A DNA stretch of 64,000 nucleotides from Eledone cirrhosa (GCA_964016885.1 OZ024743.1:61814001-61878000); one strand, 5' to 3'. Positions 29,160 through 42,108 are shown, numbered from the stretch's first letter. Made by a program: numbers and translations. The notes: generated from the sequence alone by a model not told the origin.

Positions 29160-31041
29160 GAGTATATAAAAGAAGAAATTAAAAGATGGTTAAAAAAGTT
29201 CCATGTATTTTATTATGCGCATTTCAAAAACAAATATCATCCTGGGACGATATTTGCGTTCTCATCAGATAAAATAGGGAGACATGATATGAAGCTTAAA
29301 AAGACCTTGTAAGCAAGGTAGTGTCTAATCAACATATGATAAATAAATTTAAAAGGATATAGGAGATTAGAAAAAAGGAAAGGAAGAGGAGAAAAGTAAG
29401 GAAGAGGAAGAAAGGAAAAAAGAAAAAAGAAGGAAAGGATCACGGAGGAAGGAGAGAGAAAGAGAGAGAACAGAAAGAGAGAGAGATAAACCTTTAAACT
29501 GAGAAACGCTGTCTCCACAGAGAAATAACTGAAAAAACGGTTGTAAATTTATAAATAAATTAAATAAATTTAATAAAATTAAAAATTAAAAGTTAATGAA
29601 GTTTATGAATGATGATGCTTATGATTACAGATATAGAAATTAAGTATACTATTTATTTAGGGTTTAAATAGTGAAGGGTTTATTAAGATGTGCAAAACTT
29701 TATTAAAATGTATTATTAAGATAAAATAAAGTAAAATAAGATAAGGTGAATGAAAATAAAATTAAATGATTTATAAGCTTAGAAGACGATATAGGGTCCT
29801 AATTTGTTTAAATAGATTGTAATAGAAAAAGTGATTATTTAAGTTAATACAAGCATGGAAAGAGAGAAAAAAGAAATATACGAGGAAGAAAAATCTTACG
29901 TCAAAAATTTGTTTACAAAATTCACCTAATGCTAATATTAATAGATTTGAAGTAAAAAATTGGGAAATATAGCGACTTAAAAAGTAATGTTGAGAAAGAG
30001 TGATTTAAAGATGAACTATTTAAAAGAAAATGTGTATCCCCAAGAAGATAAAGGAATTTGCTATAATGAATTAAAAAGTTTTAAAAATTACAAAAATTAC
30101 AAAAAAATAAAAAATTTAAAAAATTTAAAAAAATTCAAAGATTAGGGGACCAAAAACGTCATAGTATGAATGAACTTTGTAGAATGCACTGAAATATGGT
30201 AGAAAAAGGGGTATATGTGTGAGAAAAAGATTTTAATCTTAATTATGGAGTAAGATATTAGCTGTATACTTTGTGAAATGACCTAAGCGATTTATGGATG
30301 CAAAGCGAAAATAAATCTGTGCGTCTATTTATTATTAAAATTAGAGATAATGGTAAATGTTTCCACTAGGCATAAATTACAATTTGTGGATAGGGAAGCA
30401 TTGAAATAAGGAGAAGCGTTGCAAATTTTTCTCCAAGAAATTTTGTAATTAATGTTTTTGTCTTTTAAGGACCAGATGAGCAGTGTTTCTTCTTTTAAGT
30501 GGGTATTTAAAAGACGAAGAATGGTTATATAATCTTGCCTTAAAGGAAATAGAAGTAGAGCCAAAGTAAGTATAAGAATTGGTACTAGTTATCACCTTAC
30601 ATTCGTATACTAAATTTTTATCGAGACAGTGATTATTAAGAGGACATTTAGTTCTATTAAGGCAATTGCATTTACGATTAATATTATTAACAGCGTTATT
30701 AACGTTAATGTTATTAACGTTATTAACGTTATTAACAGCGTTTCTCAGTTTAAATGTTTATCTCTCTCTCTCTTTCTCTCCTCTCTCTTTCTCTCTCCTT
30801 CCTCCGTGATCCTTTCCTTCTTTTTTTCTTTTTTCGTTTCTTCCTCTTCCTTACTTTTATCCTCTTCTTTTCCTTTTTTCCAATCTTCTATATCCTTTTA
30901 AATTTATTTATCATATGTTGATTAGACACTACCTTGCTCACAAGTGTTTTTTCTTAGGCTTCATATCATGTCTCTCTATTTTATCTGAAATGCGCATAAT
31001 AAAATACATGGAACTTTTTTAACCATATTTTAATTTCTTCT

Positions 31042-31050
<9 letters not shown>
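29160..31050 (-). mobile_element. Decayed Neptune-like PLE with inverted pseudo-LTRs
   Basis: GIY-YIG C-terminal motif IWSLKDKNINYKISW..ASPY..CNLCLVE at 30325-30564; about 29160-29510 is the inverse of about 30735-31050. Confidence 0.75.
29206..29276 (-). ncRNA. Type I hammerhead ribozyme with an intact core
   Basis: TATTTTAT CTGATGA GAAcgCAAATATCGTCC ca GGATGATATTTGttTTT GAAA TGCGC ATA ATAAAATA. 8-bp stem I, palindrome ATGCGCAT, AUA cleavage triplet. Confidence 0.85.
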
Positions 31051-31094
<44 letters not shown>

Positions 31095-31412
31095 TCTTGC
31101 TCACATCTCACTCACGTCGGACGGTCTGTATATCTCTCTCGCTCATGAAATCCACCCAGCTTAAGCTGACCGGATTCCCATGCTGCTTGTTTTTTCCTAT
31201 CTTTGCGTTGCTATCCTTCCCTGTTGTTTACTGTCTCGTTCGCTTTACGCGATTTACTTGTCCCAATAGCTTTATTTAGCTATTGCTCACACCGACCGGA
31301 GGTATATGATTTTTAAAGCAATTAAATACCAATGAAGGTTGAAAAATCACTGACGAAGGACTATTTTTATCATATGTAACCCATGTGCAACCACGCAGTA
31401 TTCTTTCTTCTC

Positions 31413-31420
<8 letters not shown>
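31095..31420 (+). mobile_element. Diverged copy of the 13.5/14.0-kb structured element
   Basis: Shared CGCTTTACGCG, ATATGATTTTT, AAATCACTGA(C/T)GA and CCATGTGC blocks. Confidence 0.7.
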
Positions 31421-31489
<69 letters not shown>

Positions 31490-32010
31490 CTTTTCATCTA
31501 TGTGTGTCAGTCTCTGTCAACTTGTCTCTTTTTTTCATTCTCTCGTTGTTTCTCTGTATCTAATTATTAATCTGTTTATTTATACATCACTCCCTCCCTA
31601 TCCCATCTTCTCCCCCTTCTCTCTCTTCTTCTCCATCTCCTTCTCCCTCTCATTCTCTATGCATCTCTCTTCATCTGGCATCTCTCTTCTTCTGCCTCTA
31701 TCTATCTTCTTATAATGTTAGTATTTTAGATCTGACTAAATACCTGTGAAAAAATAATCAGCCAAGACCCAAGTATCAAGTATGAAGGGATGGCAGAGTT
31801 ACAGGGGCTATATCCCGCCCCAAACATCCCATTGAACAAATGATGAAAAAAACATATAATTTGCTATTTTAACACATCTTTTATATATATATATATACTT
31901 GGAGTAATAATAGTTAAAGAATGAAGAGTGCCATTTACTTGTAGGTATGTGTGTGCGCGCGTTATATACGTATTTATGTGTGTATATTTATATACGTTTA
32001 TTTAATTATG

Positions 32011-32079
<69 letters not shown>

Positions 32080-32334
32080 TTTATTTTTATATATATTTTT
32101 ATGTGTATTTGGTGTATACGTTCGTATGTGTGCGGGTACAGGCGTTGCGTGGGTCTTGTATGTGCGTGCGTGTTTTTTTGTGTACGTGCTTGTATTTGCA
32201 TACCCAAGGCAAGTGTTTTCGCGTATGCTTGTGTATGCACGTATATGGATGCGTGTATGTATATATTTATTTCAATTACCTCTGTATTTAATTTACTTTA
32301 TTCTTAACTCTGAAGCCGAGAATCATTCGGTTTC

Positions 32335-32622
32335 CTAAATAGAATTTTAGTCTACGACTTCAGCTATACAATTTACGTGGTTTTGTCTTTGCGTGAATTG
32401 TTCTCAACGCCCCACATAATGACGTATTATCTTCGTTTTTTTCTGTTTATTGCCAGAGAACGTCTCCACGAACCACCTAATAGAATATTAGTCTACGACT
32501 TCATTTATACCATAAACGTGGTTTTGTCTTTGCGTGTAATTGTTTTCACCGCAACAAATAATGAGTATTATCTTCGTTTTTTTTTTTTTTCGTTCTTTGC
32601 CAGGGAACGTTTCCACGAACCA
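32335..32622. repeat. Two diverged tandem copies of about 140 bp
   Basis: TAGTCTACGACTTCA...CGTGGTTTTGTCTTTGCGTG...TCCACGAACC occurs twice. Confidence 0.7.
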
Positions 32623-32778
32623 AAGTATCATCTTCCTGTCTTCCTTGGGTTGCAACGTTTTTTGAAATATTTACTTCTGCGTTCACAGATTGACTTTTCT
32701 AGTTTCAGAAGATCTCGTTAAGGGTGAAATCAGCGATTCTTTGCATAAACTTTAATCTGTTATTTTAATAAATATATA

Positions 32779-32814
<36 letters not shown>

Positions 32815-32844
32815 TGTATGTATGTATGTATGTATGTGTGTATG

Positions 32845-35800
32845 TTATCTCTTTCTCTTAATTTCGAGTATATTTTTTTTGACCGGCCACCTTCCTGGTG
32901 GCAAGGTTGTAAAAGAAAAGAAATTGTCATCCCTTGAATCGCAAGAATGTTTTGCAAATTTTGAAGGTGCCAGCTATCGCAGCCATTTGTAGACTATGAA
33001 TTAGGGAGCTGCGCTTTTTGTCCGCAAATCCAAGTTCAGTCATACTTTGGTCCAAGCGGGTTGGTATATAACCCGTAGCTGATGAGTATAAAGCTAAAGG
33101 TGTATCTTGGATACTGGATTTGTAAACTCCTCATCAATGGTCCGTAGATGCCCTCCTTCTCCTGTATTTTTCTGACAACGTTTACACAAGTGGGCAGCTG
33201 ATCTCCACAACAGAACACGTTTTCAATGTGTGGTCCCAAAGAAGGCCGGTTGTGCTTTAATTTGGTGGCAGTTTTTATTTTCAGGTTCCACCAGTATTCG
33301 TTAGTGCCATCTGTCTCAATATATTCTTCCTCGTTTGTTAATTTTGTTTTCCGAAGTGCGTTCCAGATGGTTCTAGCTATCCCATCGTGTCTCATGGAGA
33401 GGTAGTAGCGAGATGACATTATTTCGCAGCTGGCAACAATGTGGCTTACATCCTCGATTTTTGTTTTACATAGCATTTATTGTCAGCTGCTCTCCCTCCT
33501 CTTTTGAGCAGCAGATATTTGGTAGGGAGTTCTTGTTCCTGTATTGCATAGAGATATCCCTCAAGGTGTGATGTCATAAACTTGTCGGAACTCCATGCCA
33601 GGCTTTTTGAGTGGTTTATCCTCTCTATGGTCTGTGTTTTACGTCTCAAGTATCCATGCACAACTTTTTCTGTAAATTGGTCAATTTTTTCATCTTGTTT
33701 GAACATTGAATAGGATCTTCCGATTTCTCTGGGTGAGAGATTTATATCGGGCTTTATTCCATATCCCTCCTCCAGATCAGTCGCTATTCTAATGATATTT
33801 TTTTTCATGCTCATAAACCTGGGCAAGATGGTTGCCAACTTTTTCCTCTGCTGAAGGTGTTGCTTCAGTGTTACTATCCGGGTCTCATATGTTGTTAATA
33901 TTGATTTGAGACCCGACCACCTTCCTTGCGTGAGAAGTATAGCCTATCCACATCGCCATTGATGTTAAAGTTCCCAGTAACACTGAGAAGTTTGCGAGTT
34001 CTAACATCCATCTCACTTAGTTCTTGCAATGACCAGTTCAGCAGGCCAAATGTTGGCGTTAGAATTGGCACAGCATAAGTATTGTGGGCAATCTATTTGT
34101 TGTATGCTGACAGTTCTGATGACCATATTTTCTTTACTCTTCTGAGGTATTCAGTTCTGGTTCTCTCCTTATTTATGGGTCCATCATATCTGACATTCTC
34201 ATCCTGTCCAAGATATATGTAGTTATCACCTGACTGTAGAGGTTGTATTGTCAGGCCGTTCATCTCTAGATTTCTAGAGGAGGGCACAGCTCTTCCACGT
34301 TTTACTGCCAAATATGCGCACTTGGACTCACCAAATTTCATTTTGATGTCGGTTGAAAATTGTGTAATGAGGTCCAGTTGTTTCTTGATGTCATTGGTAT
34401 TTGGCCCATACAACTTCAGGTCATCAACAAAGAAAAGATGGAGATACTTCTGGACCCACTTCTTTGTCCACCTTGTTTCCTGAGTAGGTAAGATAGTGGA
34501 TTCAGTGATAGAACGAAGAGTAGCACTGACAAGCTATGAAAGATGCCCTTCTGGTAATGTATCTTATCAGTCTTAACTTGCTCCTTCTCACCTCTAAGGA
34601 TCAAATTGGTGTACCAGTTCTTGGTCAGGCGTTCAACAGCAGCTACCAATGGTTGTGGGACTTTAGCTAACTGTAAAGCCTTAATAATCCACCCATGAGG
34701 TACACTATCAAATGCTTTTTGATAGTCCAGCCACACCACAGTCATGTTTCTGCGATTCTTTGTTGTTTCTTCCTGAATCATTTTGTTAGTTAGTAGGTGA
34801 TCTATGCAACCCCACACCTCCCTCTTTCCACCAGCTTGCTCATGTGTTATGATGTTGTTGGTAGCACAGTGATCCTGTAAGAACAGGTTAAGGCACCCAG
34901 TATATAATTTATACATGATGTTTTGGCAGGCTATTGGGCGGTAATTTTTAGCAAGGGTGGTTTGGCTATTTTGGGGGATGAGGAGAGTAGTGGCAGTTGA
35001 TAACCATCTGGGCAGTTCTTGTGTGCCTTTAATGGTTTCTGTAAACAGCCGTATGAGATCTTGCCGATAGAAAGTGAAATTCTTCAACCAGTATCCTAAT
35101 GAGGTCTGGGCCTGGCGATTTCCTATTCGACATTTTCTGTAGAGCTGTTTCCAGTATTGACCCATCTATGTCATATTGTTTTGTCTGGACATGTTGGCAG
35201 TAGTCCTGTTCCAGTTCTTTTAGCCAATTAGTTTGTCTGTTGAATCCGTCATCCGTTTCTCATACAGATATCCAGTAGCTCTCAACCTGTTCTTTTGAAG
35301 GGGTGTCATTTACAGGGATTGAGCTTTTGCCACCGAAGCTGCGATAAACTGATTTAGGATCTCTGGCAAACAATCTATTTAGCACTTGTCGTTTATGTGC
35401 TGTTGACTTATATTTTAGTCTTTCTGTTGTAGCTGTGAGTTGTTGTTTCAACTGGTGTAATTTGGAGTTCAAAGTTTTAAATTTTGTATCTCCAAATCGT
35501 CTCTCTAACTTTTTTTTTAGGTCTTCCTGATGTCGTGTGAAGTTGCTCTCTATGTTGCATTTCATAACGACTGCGATGTGTGAGATACTTCGTCTCAGGG
35601 ACAAAATTTTGCTTTTTAAATTTCGCATCCACGCTGGTTCAGGCTTTCTGTTTGTATCTTGATTGCGTGGTTTTAGATGTGTGTTATATGATAGCAATGT
35701 GACAGCTGAAACATATAACAAAATATTAAGCGTTTCAAATGTCGTTTCTACACCTTTAGATCGTATAGCCTTCAGATAATTGCCAGCTATTTCGTTCACC

Positions 35801-37024
35801 GCTTCCAATTCCAATTTAGTGGGTTCTTTACTGATTCTGCTGTTGTATGGTCTGTCACTCACATTAAGGCCGTGTATCTCTTGAAACATATCGTTCCATA
35901 TCACTTGTAAGGTGTCCACAAGTTTTTGGTGTTCTGTTTGTTCAGTAGAGTCATGAATTTCAGCCTCGTTGTTGATGTGGTGACAATTACTACTAGAGTT
36001 AGCTGACCTTTCTCGCTGTTCTTCAGTGGAAGTGGGATGGATTTCAGCAAAACTGTTGGTGAGCTGTTCACTGTTAGATTTAGCTGGCCATTCTCTTTGT
36101 CTGTCAGTGGAGGTGGGCGGTTGTCTACAAGGGCTGTATTTGTAGTATCACTCAATTCCGTTAGATGTATCAATTTACATCTAATGATACGTTTTGCCTG
36201 TTCATTTAAATGGTTTGGAGAAAAGTCTAATTCTGAGTGTTTGTAGTTCCATAAAGTTTTTAGCCTTTGCATAAAACCGAACTTTTGGGGTTCAGATTGT
36301 TTGTATGCTTCATATAATTCTTTGTTAAGCTCGTCGCTCCACTGTATACAACGATTGTAGTTGCGATTTGGTCGAAGGAGACTTGTACTTTTTGCCATGA
36401 TGAGTTCGTCTATTCACTAATATTTCGTATTTATTTTTCAAAATAGTCGATGATCTTCTTTAAAAGTTACGACAAAGTTCTATCAGAATCAAATTTAAAG
36501 TTATTCACAGCTTGGGTAATATTTCTTTTCAGTTAGTTTTTAATTCTACAACTGTGTTTTAAACGTTGTTCTTGAATCGTTTGAATCGAGAACAAAAAGA
36601 ACCGTTACTTAGTATATTTCTTTATGAATGTAATATAATATAACAACGTTATATGTTAAAGTTTATGTATCATTCATATAAATAGGTGTTCTACAACTTA
36701 TTCACAACATATTCACAGTTCAAACACTTGTTTTTGTTTCTGAATCGAAAACGTTACTTGTATATTTATTTATAAATGTAATATAACAACGTTGCATTTA
36801 TATGTTAAAGTGTATGTATCGTTCATATATCATAAGTGTATGTAGCGTTCATATAAATAGTTGTTTTACAACACACTTACAGTTCAAACACTTATGTAGA
36901 ATTATTGTATGTAATTTTACCGCGTAATGTAGCTCAACTTTTTCCAATATATGGTGTGTTGCCTTCATGTAAGCCGTAATTACACACGTCCGATTATCGG
37001 ACACTGCCCACAACGGTCGCCATT
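32845..37024 (-). mobile_element. R4/Dong-type REL retrotransposon, full-length, disabled copy
   Basis: Collinear with 37104-41327. ORF 32927-36398 is broken by stops and frameshifts, and the QGD motif is deleted (KGIFHSLS). Confidence 0.92.
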
Positions 37025-37103
37025 ATGTATGTATGTGTGTATGTATGTATATATCTATGTATGTATGTACGTACGTATGTATGTATGTATGTATGTATGT
37101 ATG

Positions 37104-40100
37104 TTTTCTCTTTCTCTTAATTTCGAGTATATTTTTTTGACCGGCCACCTTCCTGGTGGCAAGGTTGTAAAAGAAAAGAAATTGTCATCCCTTGAATCGC
37201 AAGAATGTTTTGCATATTTTGAAGGTGCCAGCTATCGCAGCCATTTGTAGACTATGAATTAGGGAGCTGCGCTTTTTGTCCGCAAATCCAAGTTCGGTCA
37301 TACTTTGGTCCAAGCGGGTTGGTATATAACCCGTAGCACCAATAATGATGGGTATGAAGCTAAAGGTGTATCTTGGATACTGGATTTGTAAGCTCCTCAT
37401 CAATGGTCCGTAGATGTCCTCCTTCTCCTGTATTTTTCTGACAACGTTTACATCAAGTGGGCAGCTGATCTCCACAACAGAACACGTTTTCAATGTGTGG
37501 TCCCAAACTACAATATCAGGCCGGTTGTGCTTTAATTTGGTGGCAGTTTTTATTTTCAGGTTCCACCAGTATTCCTTAGTGCCATCTGTCTCAATATATT
37601 CTTCCTCGTTTGTTGTTAATTTTGTTTTCCGAAGTGCGTTCCAGATAGTTCTAGCTATCCCATCGTGTCTCATGGGGAGGTAGTAGCGAGATGACATTCT
37701 TTCGCAGCTGGCAACAATGTGGCTTACATCCTCGATCTTTGTTTTACATAGCCTACATTTATTGTCAGCTGCTGGCCCTCCTCTTTTGTGCAGCAGATAT
37801 TTGGTAGGGAGTTCTTGTTCCTGTATTGCATAGAGATATCCCTCAAGGTGTGATGTCATAAACTTGTCGGAACTCCATGCCAGGCTTTTTGAGTGGTTTA
37901 TCCCCTCTATGGTCTGTGTTTTACGCCTCAAGTATCCATGCACAACTTTCTCTGTAAATTGGTCAATTTTTTTTTCTTGTTTGAACATTGAATAGGATCT
38001 TCCGATTTCTCTGGGTGAGAGATTTATATCAGGCTTTATTCCATATCTCTCCTCCAGATCAGTCGCTATTCTAATGATATTTCTTTTTTCATGCTCATAA
38101 ACCTGAGCAAGATGGTCGCCAACCTTTTTCCTCTGTTGAAGGTGTTGCTTCAGTGTTACTATCCGGGTCTCATATGTTGTTAATATTGATTTTAGACCCC
38201 GGCCACCTTCCTTGCGTGAGAAGTATAGCCTATCCACATCACCATTGATGTTAAAGTTCCCAGTAACACTGAGAAGTTTACGAGTTCTAACATCCATCTC
38301 ACTTAGTTCTTGCAATGACCAGTTCAGTAGGCCAAATGTTGGCGTTATAATTGGCACAGCATAGGTATTGTGGGCAATGTATTTGTTGTATGCTGACAGT
38401 TCTGATGACCATATTTTTTTTACTCTTCTGAGGTATTCAGTTCTGGTTCTCTCCTTATTTATGGGTCCATCATATCTGACATTCTCATCCTGTCCAAGAT
38501 ATCTGTAGTTGTCACCTGACTGCAGAGGTTGTATTGTCAGGCCGTTCATATCTAGATTTCTAGAGGAGGGCACAGCTCTTCCACGTTTTACTGCCAAATA
38601 TGCACACTTGGACTCACCAAATTTCATTTTGATGTCGGTTGAAAATTGTGTAATGAGGTCCAATTGTTTCTTGATGTCATTGATATTTGGCCCATACAAC
38701 TTCAGGTCATCAACAAAGAAAAGATGGGAGATACTTCTGGGCCCACTTCTTTGTCCACCTTGTTTCCTGAGTAGGTAAGATAGTGGATTCAGTGAGAGAA
38801 CGAAGAGTAGTACTGACAAGCTATCACCCTGAAAGATGCCCTTCTGGTAATGTATCCTATCAGTCTTAACCTGCTCCTTCTCACCTCTAAGGATCAAATT
38901 GGTGTACCAGTTCTTGGTCAGGCGTTCAACAGCAGCTACTAATGGTTGTGGGACTTTAGCTAACTGTAAAGCCTTAATAATCCACCCATGAGGTACACTA
39001 TCAAATGCTTTTTGATAGTCCAGCCACACGACAGTCATGTTTCTGCGATTCTTTGTTGTTTTTTCCTGAATCATTTTGTTAGTTAGTAGGTGATCTATGC
39101 AACCCCACACCTCCCTCTTTCCACCAGCTTGCTCAGGTGTTATGATGTTGTTGGTAGCACAGTGATCCTGTAAGAACAGGTTAAGGCACCCAGTATATAA
39201 TTTATACATGATGTTTTGGCAGGCAATTGGGCGGTAATTTTTAGCAAGGGTGGTTTGGCTATTTTTGGGAATGAGGAGAGTAGTGGCAGTTGATAACCAT
39301 CTGGGCAGTTCTTGTGTGCCCTTAATGGTTTCTGTAAACAGCCGTATGAGATCTTGCCGATAGAAAGTGAAATTCTTCAACCAGTATCCTGTAATGAGGT
39401 CTGGGCCTGGCGATTTCCTATTCGACATTTTCTGTAGAGCTGTTTCCAGTATTGACCCATCTATGTCATATTGTTTTGTCTGGACATGTTGGCAGTAGTC
39501 CTGTTCCAGTTGTTTTAGCCAATTAGCTTGTCTGTTGAATCCGTCATCCGTTTCCCATACAGATCTCCAGTAGTTCTCAACCTGCTCTTTTGAAGGGGTG
39601 TCGTTTACAGGGATTGAGCTTTTGCCACCGAAGCTGCGATAAACTGATTTAGGATCTCTGGCAAACAATCTATTTAGCACTTGTCGTTTATGGGCTGTTG
39701 ACTTATATTTTAGTCTTTCTGTTGTAGCTGTGAGTTGTTGTTTCAACTGGTGTAATTTGGAGTTCAAAGTTTTAAATTTGGTATCTCCAAATCGTCTCTC
39801 TAACTTTTTCTTTAGGTCTTCCTGGTGTCGTGTGAAGTTTCTCTCTATGTTGCATTTCATAACGACTGCGATGTGTGAGATACTTCGTCTCAGGGACAAA
39901 ATTTTGGTTTTTAAATTTCGCATCCACGCTGGTTCAGGCTTTCTGTTTGTATCTTGATTGCGTGGTTTTAGATGTGTGTTATATGATAGCAATGTGACAG
40001 CTGAAACATATAACAAAACATTGAGCGTTTCAAATGTCGTTTCTACACCTTTAGATCGTATAGCCTTCAGATAATTGCCAGCTATTTCGTTCACCGCTTC

Positions 40101-41327
40101 CAATTCCAATTTAGTGGGTTCTTTACTGACTCTAGTGTTGTATGGTCTGTCACTCACATTAAGGCTGTGTATCTCTTGAAACATATCGTTCCATATCACT
40201 TGTAGGGTGCCCACAAGTTTTTGGTGCTCTGTTTGTTCAGTAGAGTCATGAATTGCAGCCTCGTTGTTGATGTGGTGACAATTACTACTAGAGTCAGCTG
40301 ACCTTTCTCGCTGTTCTTCAGTGGAAGTGGGATGGATTTCAGCAAAATTGTTGGTGAGCTGTTCACTGTTAGATTTAGCCGGCCATTCTCTTTGTCTGTC
40401 AATGGAGGTGGGGTGGTTGTCTACAAGGGCTGTATTTGTAGTATCACTCGATTCCGTTAGATGTATCAATTTACATCTAATGATACGTTTTGCCTGTTCA
40501 TTTAGATGCTTTGGAGAAAAGTCTAATTCTGGGTGTTTGGAGTTCCATAAAGTTTTTAGCCTTTGCATAAAACCGAACTTTTGGGGTTCAGATTGTTTGT
40601 ATGCTTCATATAATTCTTTGTTAAGCTCGTAGCTCCACTGTATACAACGGTTGTAATTGCGATTTGGTCGAAGGAGACTTGTACTTTTTGCCATGATGAG
40701 TTCGTCTATTCACTAATATTTTGTATTTATTTTTTTTAAATAGTCGATGATCTTCTTTAAAAGTTACGACAAAGTTCTGTCAGAATCAAATTTAAAGTTA
40801 TTCACAGCTTGGGTAATATTTCTTTTCAGTTAGTTTTTAATTCTACAACTGTGTTTTAAACGTTGTTCTTGAATCGTTTGAATCGAGAACAAAAAGAACC
40901 GTTACTTAGTATATTCCTTTACGAATGTAATATAATATAACAATGCTGTATTTATATGTTAAAGTTTATGTATCATTCATATAAATAGGTGTTCTACAAC
41001 ATATTCACAACATTCACAGTTCAAACACTTATATTTTTGTTTCTGAATCGAAAACGTTACTTTTATATTTCTTTATAAATGTAATATAACAACGTTGCAT
41101 TTATATGTTAAAGTGTATGTATCGTTCATATATCATAAGTGTATGTATCGTTCATATAAATAGGTGTTTTACAACACACTTACAGTTCAAACACTTATGT
41201 AGAATTATTGTATGTAATCTTACCGCGTAATGTAGCTCAACTTTTTCCAATATATGGTATGTTGCCTTCATGTAAGCCGTAATTACACACGTCCAATTAT
41301 CGGACACTGACCACAACGGTCGCCATT
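37104..41327 (-). mobile_element. R4/Dong-type REL retrotransposon, full-length, intact
   Basis: Same 5' and 3' ends as the neighbour, (TATG)n on both sides, 5' UTR about 630 nt, 3' UTR hairpin GCCACC-N5-GGTGGC. Confidence 0.93.
37185..40694 (-). CDS. Single ORF: reverse transcriptase, CCHC knuckle and PD-(D/E)xK restriction-like endonuclease
   Basis: KSPGPD, NYRPIAC, WLDYQKAFDSVPH, GIFQGDSLS, FVDDLK, CRLC..E..HIVASC, RHDGI, RPDIV..VVEISCP.D.N..K..EK..Y. 1169 aa uninterrupted. Confidence 0.95.
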   Translation of the reverse strand: MAKSTSLLRPNRNYNRCIQWSYELNKELYEAYKQSEPQKFGFMQRLKTLWNSKHPELDFSPKHLNEQAKRIIRCKLIHLTESSDTTNTALVDNHPTSIDRQREWPAKSNSEQLTNNFAEIHPTSTEEQRERSADSSSNCHHINNEAAIHDSTEQTEHQKLVGTLQVIWNDMFQEIHSLNVSDRPYNTRVSKEPTKLELEAVNEIAGNYLKAIRSKGVETTFETLNVLLYVSAVTLLSYNTHLKPRNQDTNRKPEPAWMRNLKTKILSLRRSISHIAVVMKCNIERNFTRHQEDLKKKLERRFGDTKFKTLNSKLHQLKQQLTATTERLKYKSTAHKRQVLNRLFARDPKSVYRSFGGKSSIPVNDTPSKEQVENYWRSVWETDDGFNRQANWLKQLEQDYCQHVQTKQYDIDGSILETALQKMSNRKSPGPDLITGYWLKNFTFYRQDLIRLFTETIKGTQELPRWLSTATTLLIPKNSQTTLAKNYRPIACQNIMYKLYTGCLNLFLQDHCATNNIITPEQAGGKREVWGCIDHLLTNKMIQEKTTKNRRNMTVVWLDYQKAFDSVPHGWIIKALQLAKVPQPLVAAVERLTKNWYTNLILRGEKEQVKTDRIHYQKGIFQGDSLSVLLFVLSLNPLSYLLRKQGGQRSGPRSISHLFFVDDLKLYGPNINDIKKQLDLITQFSTDIKMKFGESKCAYLAVKRGRAVPSSRNLDMNGLTIQPLQSGDNYRYLGQDENVRYDGPINKERTRTEYLRRVKKIWSSELSAYNKYIAHNTYAVPIITPTFGLLNWSLQELSEMDVRTRKLLSVTGNFNINGDVDRLYFSRKEGGRGLKSILTTYETRIVTLKQHLQQRKKVGDHLAQVYEHEKRNIIRIATDLEERYGIKPDINLSPREIGRSYSMFKQEKKIDQFTEKVVHGYLRRKTQTIEGINHSKSLAWSSDKFMTSHLEGYLYAIQEQELPTKYLLHKRGGPAADNKCRLCKTKIEDVSHIVASCERMSSRYYLPMRHDGIARTIWNALRKTKLTTNEEEYIETDGTKEYWWNLKIKTATKLKHNRPDIVVWDHTLKTCSVVEISCPLDVNVVRKIQEKEDIYGPLMRSLQIQYPRYTFSFIPIIIGATGYIPTRLDQSMTELGFADKKRSSLIHSLQMAAIAGTFKICKTFLRFKG

Positions 41328-41399
41328 GTATGTATGTATGTATGTATGTATGTATGTATGTATGTATGTATGTATGTGTATGCGTGTATCTACATATAT

Positions 41400-41720
41400 G
41401 AAGGCGGTTGGTCTTGTGGTTAGGATATTCGGTTGACGATCATAAGGTCGCGAGTTCGATTCCCGTTGGCGCATTGTATCCTTGAGCAAGACTTTATTTT
41501 ACGTTGGTTCAGTCCACTCAGCTGGCAAAAATTAATTGTACCTGTAATTCGAAGGGCCAGCGACGTCACAATCTGTGTCACGCTGAATCACCCTGAGAAC
41601 TACGTTAACAGTACGCGTGTCTATTGAATGCTCAGCCACTTGCACGTTAATTTCATGAGTAGGCTGTTCCGTTGGTAGTATCAACTTGAACACTCATCGT
41701 CGTAACCGACGGTGTGCCAC
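41400..41720 (+). mobile_element. tRNA-derived SINE, family B (CORE-like), full length
   Basis: A box GGTCTTGTGG, B box GAGTTCGATTCC, TGTATCCTTGAGCAAGAC core, tail CGTCGTAACCGACGGTGTGCC; second copy at 53900. Confidence 0.8.
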
Positions 41721-41894
41721 TACTATATATGTATATATAATGGAAAATGTCACCTTTGGAAGGGAGCCGCCATAATGCAGATATCTATAGATAATAGTGG
41801 AATAAGTGGGATAACGTACCCCTGCAAGCGGTAAAATTGGACAGAAACCATGGCAATAACCAAATGTGTATATAAATGTTTGTGGTGTGTTTGG

Positions 41895-42064
41895 TTGTTT
41901 CTAATTTAGACACAGGGACAGCAATTTAGTGGGAATGTCTAAGTTGATTAAATAGACCCCAGCATTTGATTGGTGTTCTTTATTTCATCGACACAGGAAG
42001 AATAAAAGGCAAAGTAACGAAATACCATAAGAATATTTGTCCGACGCTCTAATGATTCTGCCAA
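41895..42064 (-). mobile_element. SINE family A, internally deleted
   Basis: TTGTTTCTA...ATCGAC..AGGCAAAGT...TGATTCTGCCA. Confidence 0.6.
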
Positions 42065-42075
42065 TGTGTGCGTGC

Positions 42076-42108
<33 letters not shown>

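Noticed and set aside
37414-40632. Plus-strand ORFs overlapping the R4-like ORF, and similar antisense ORFs over the PLE and CR1 ORFs
   Set aside because: Shadow frames of real coding sequence.
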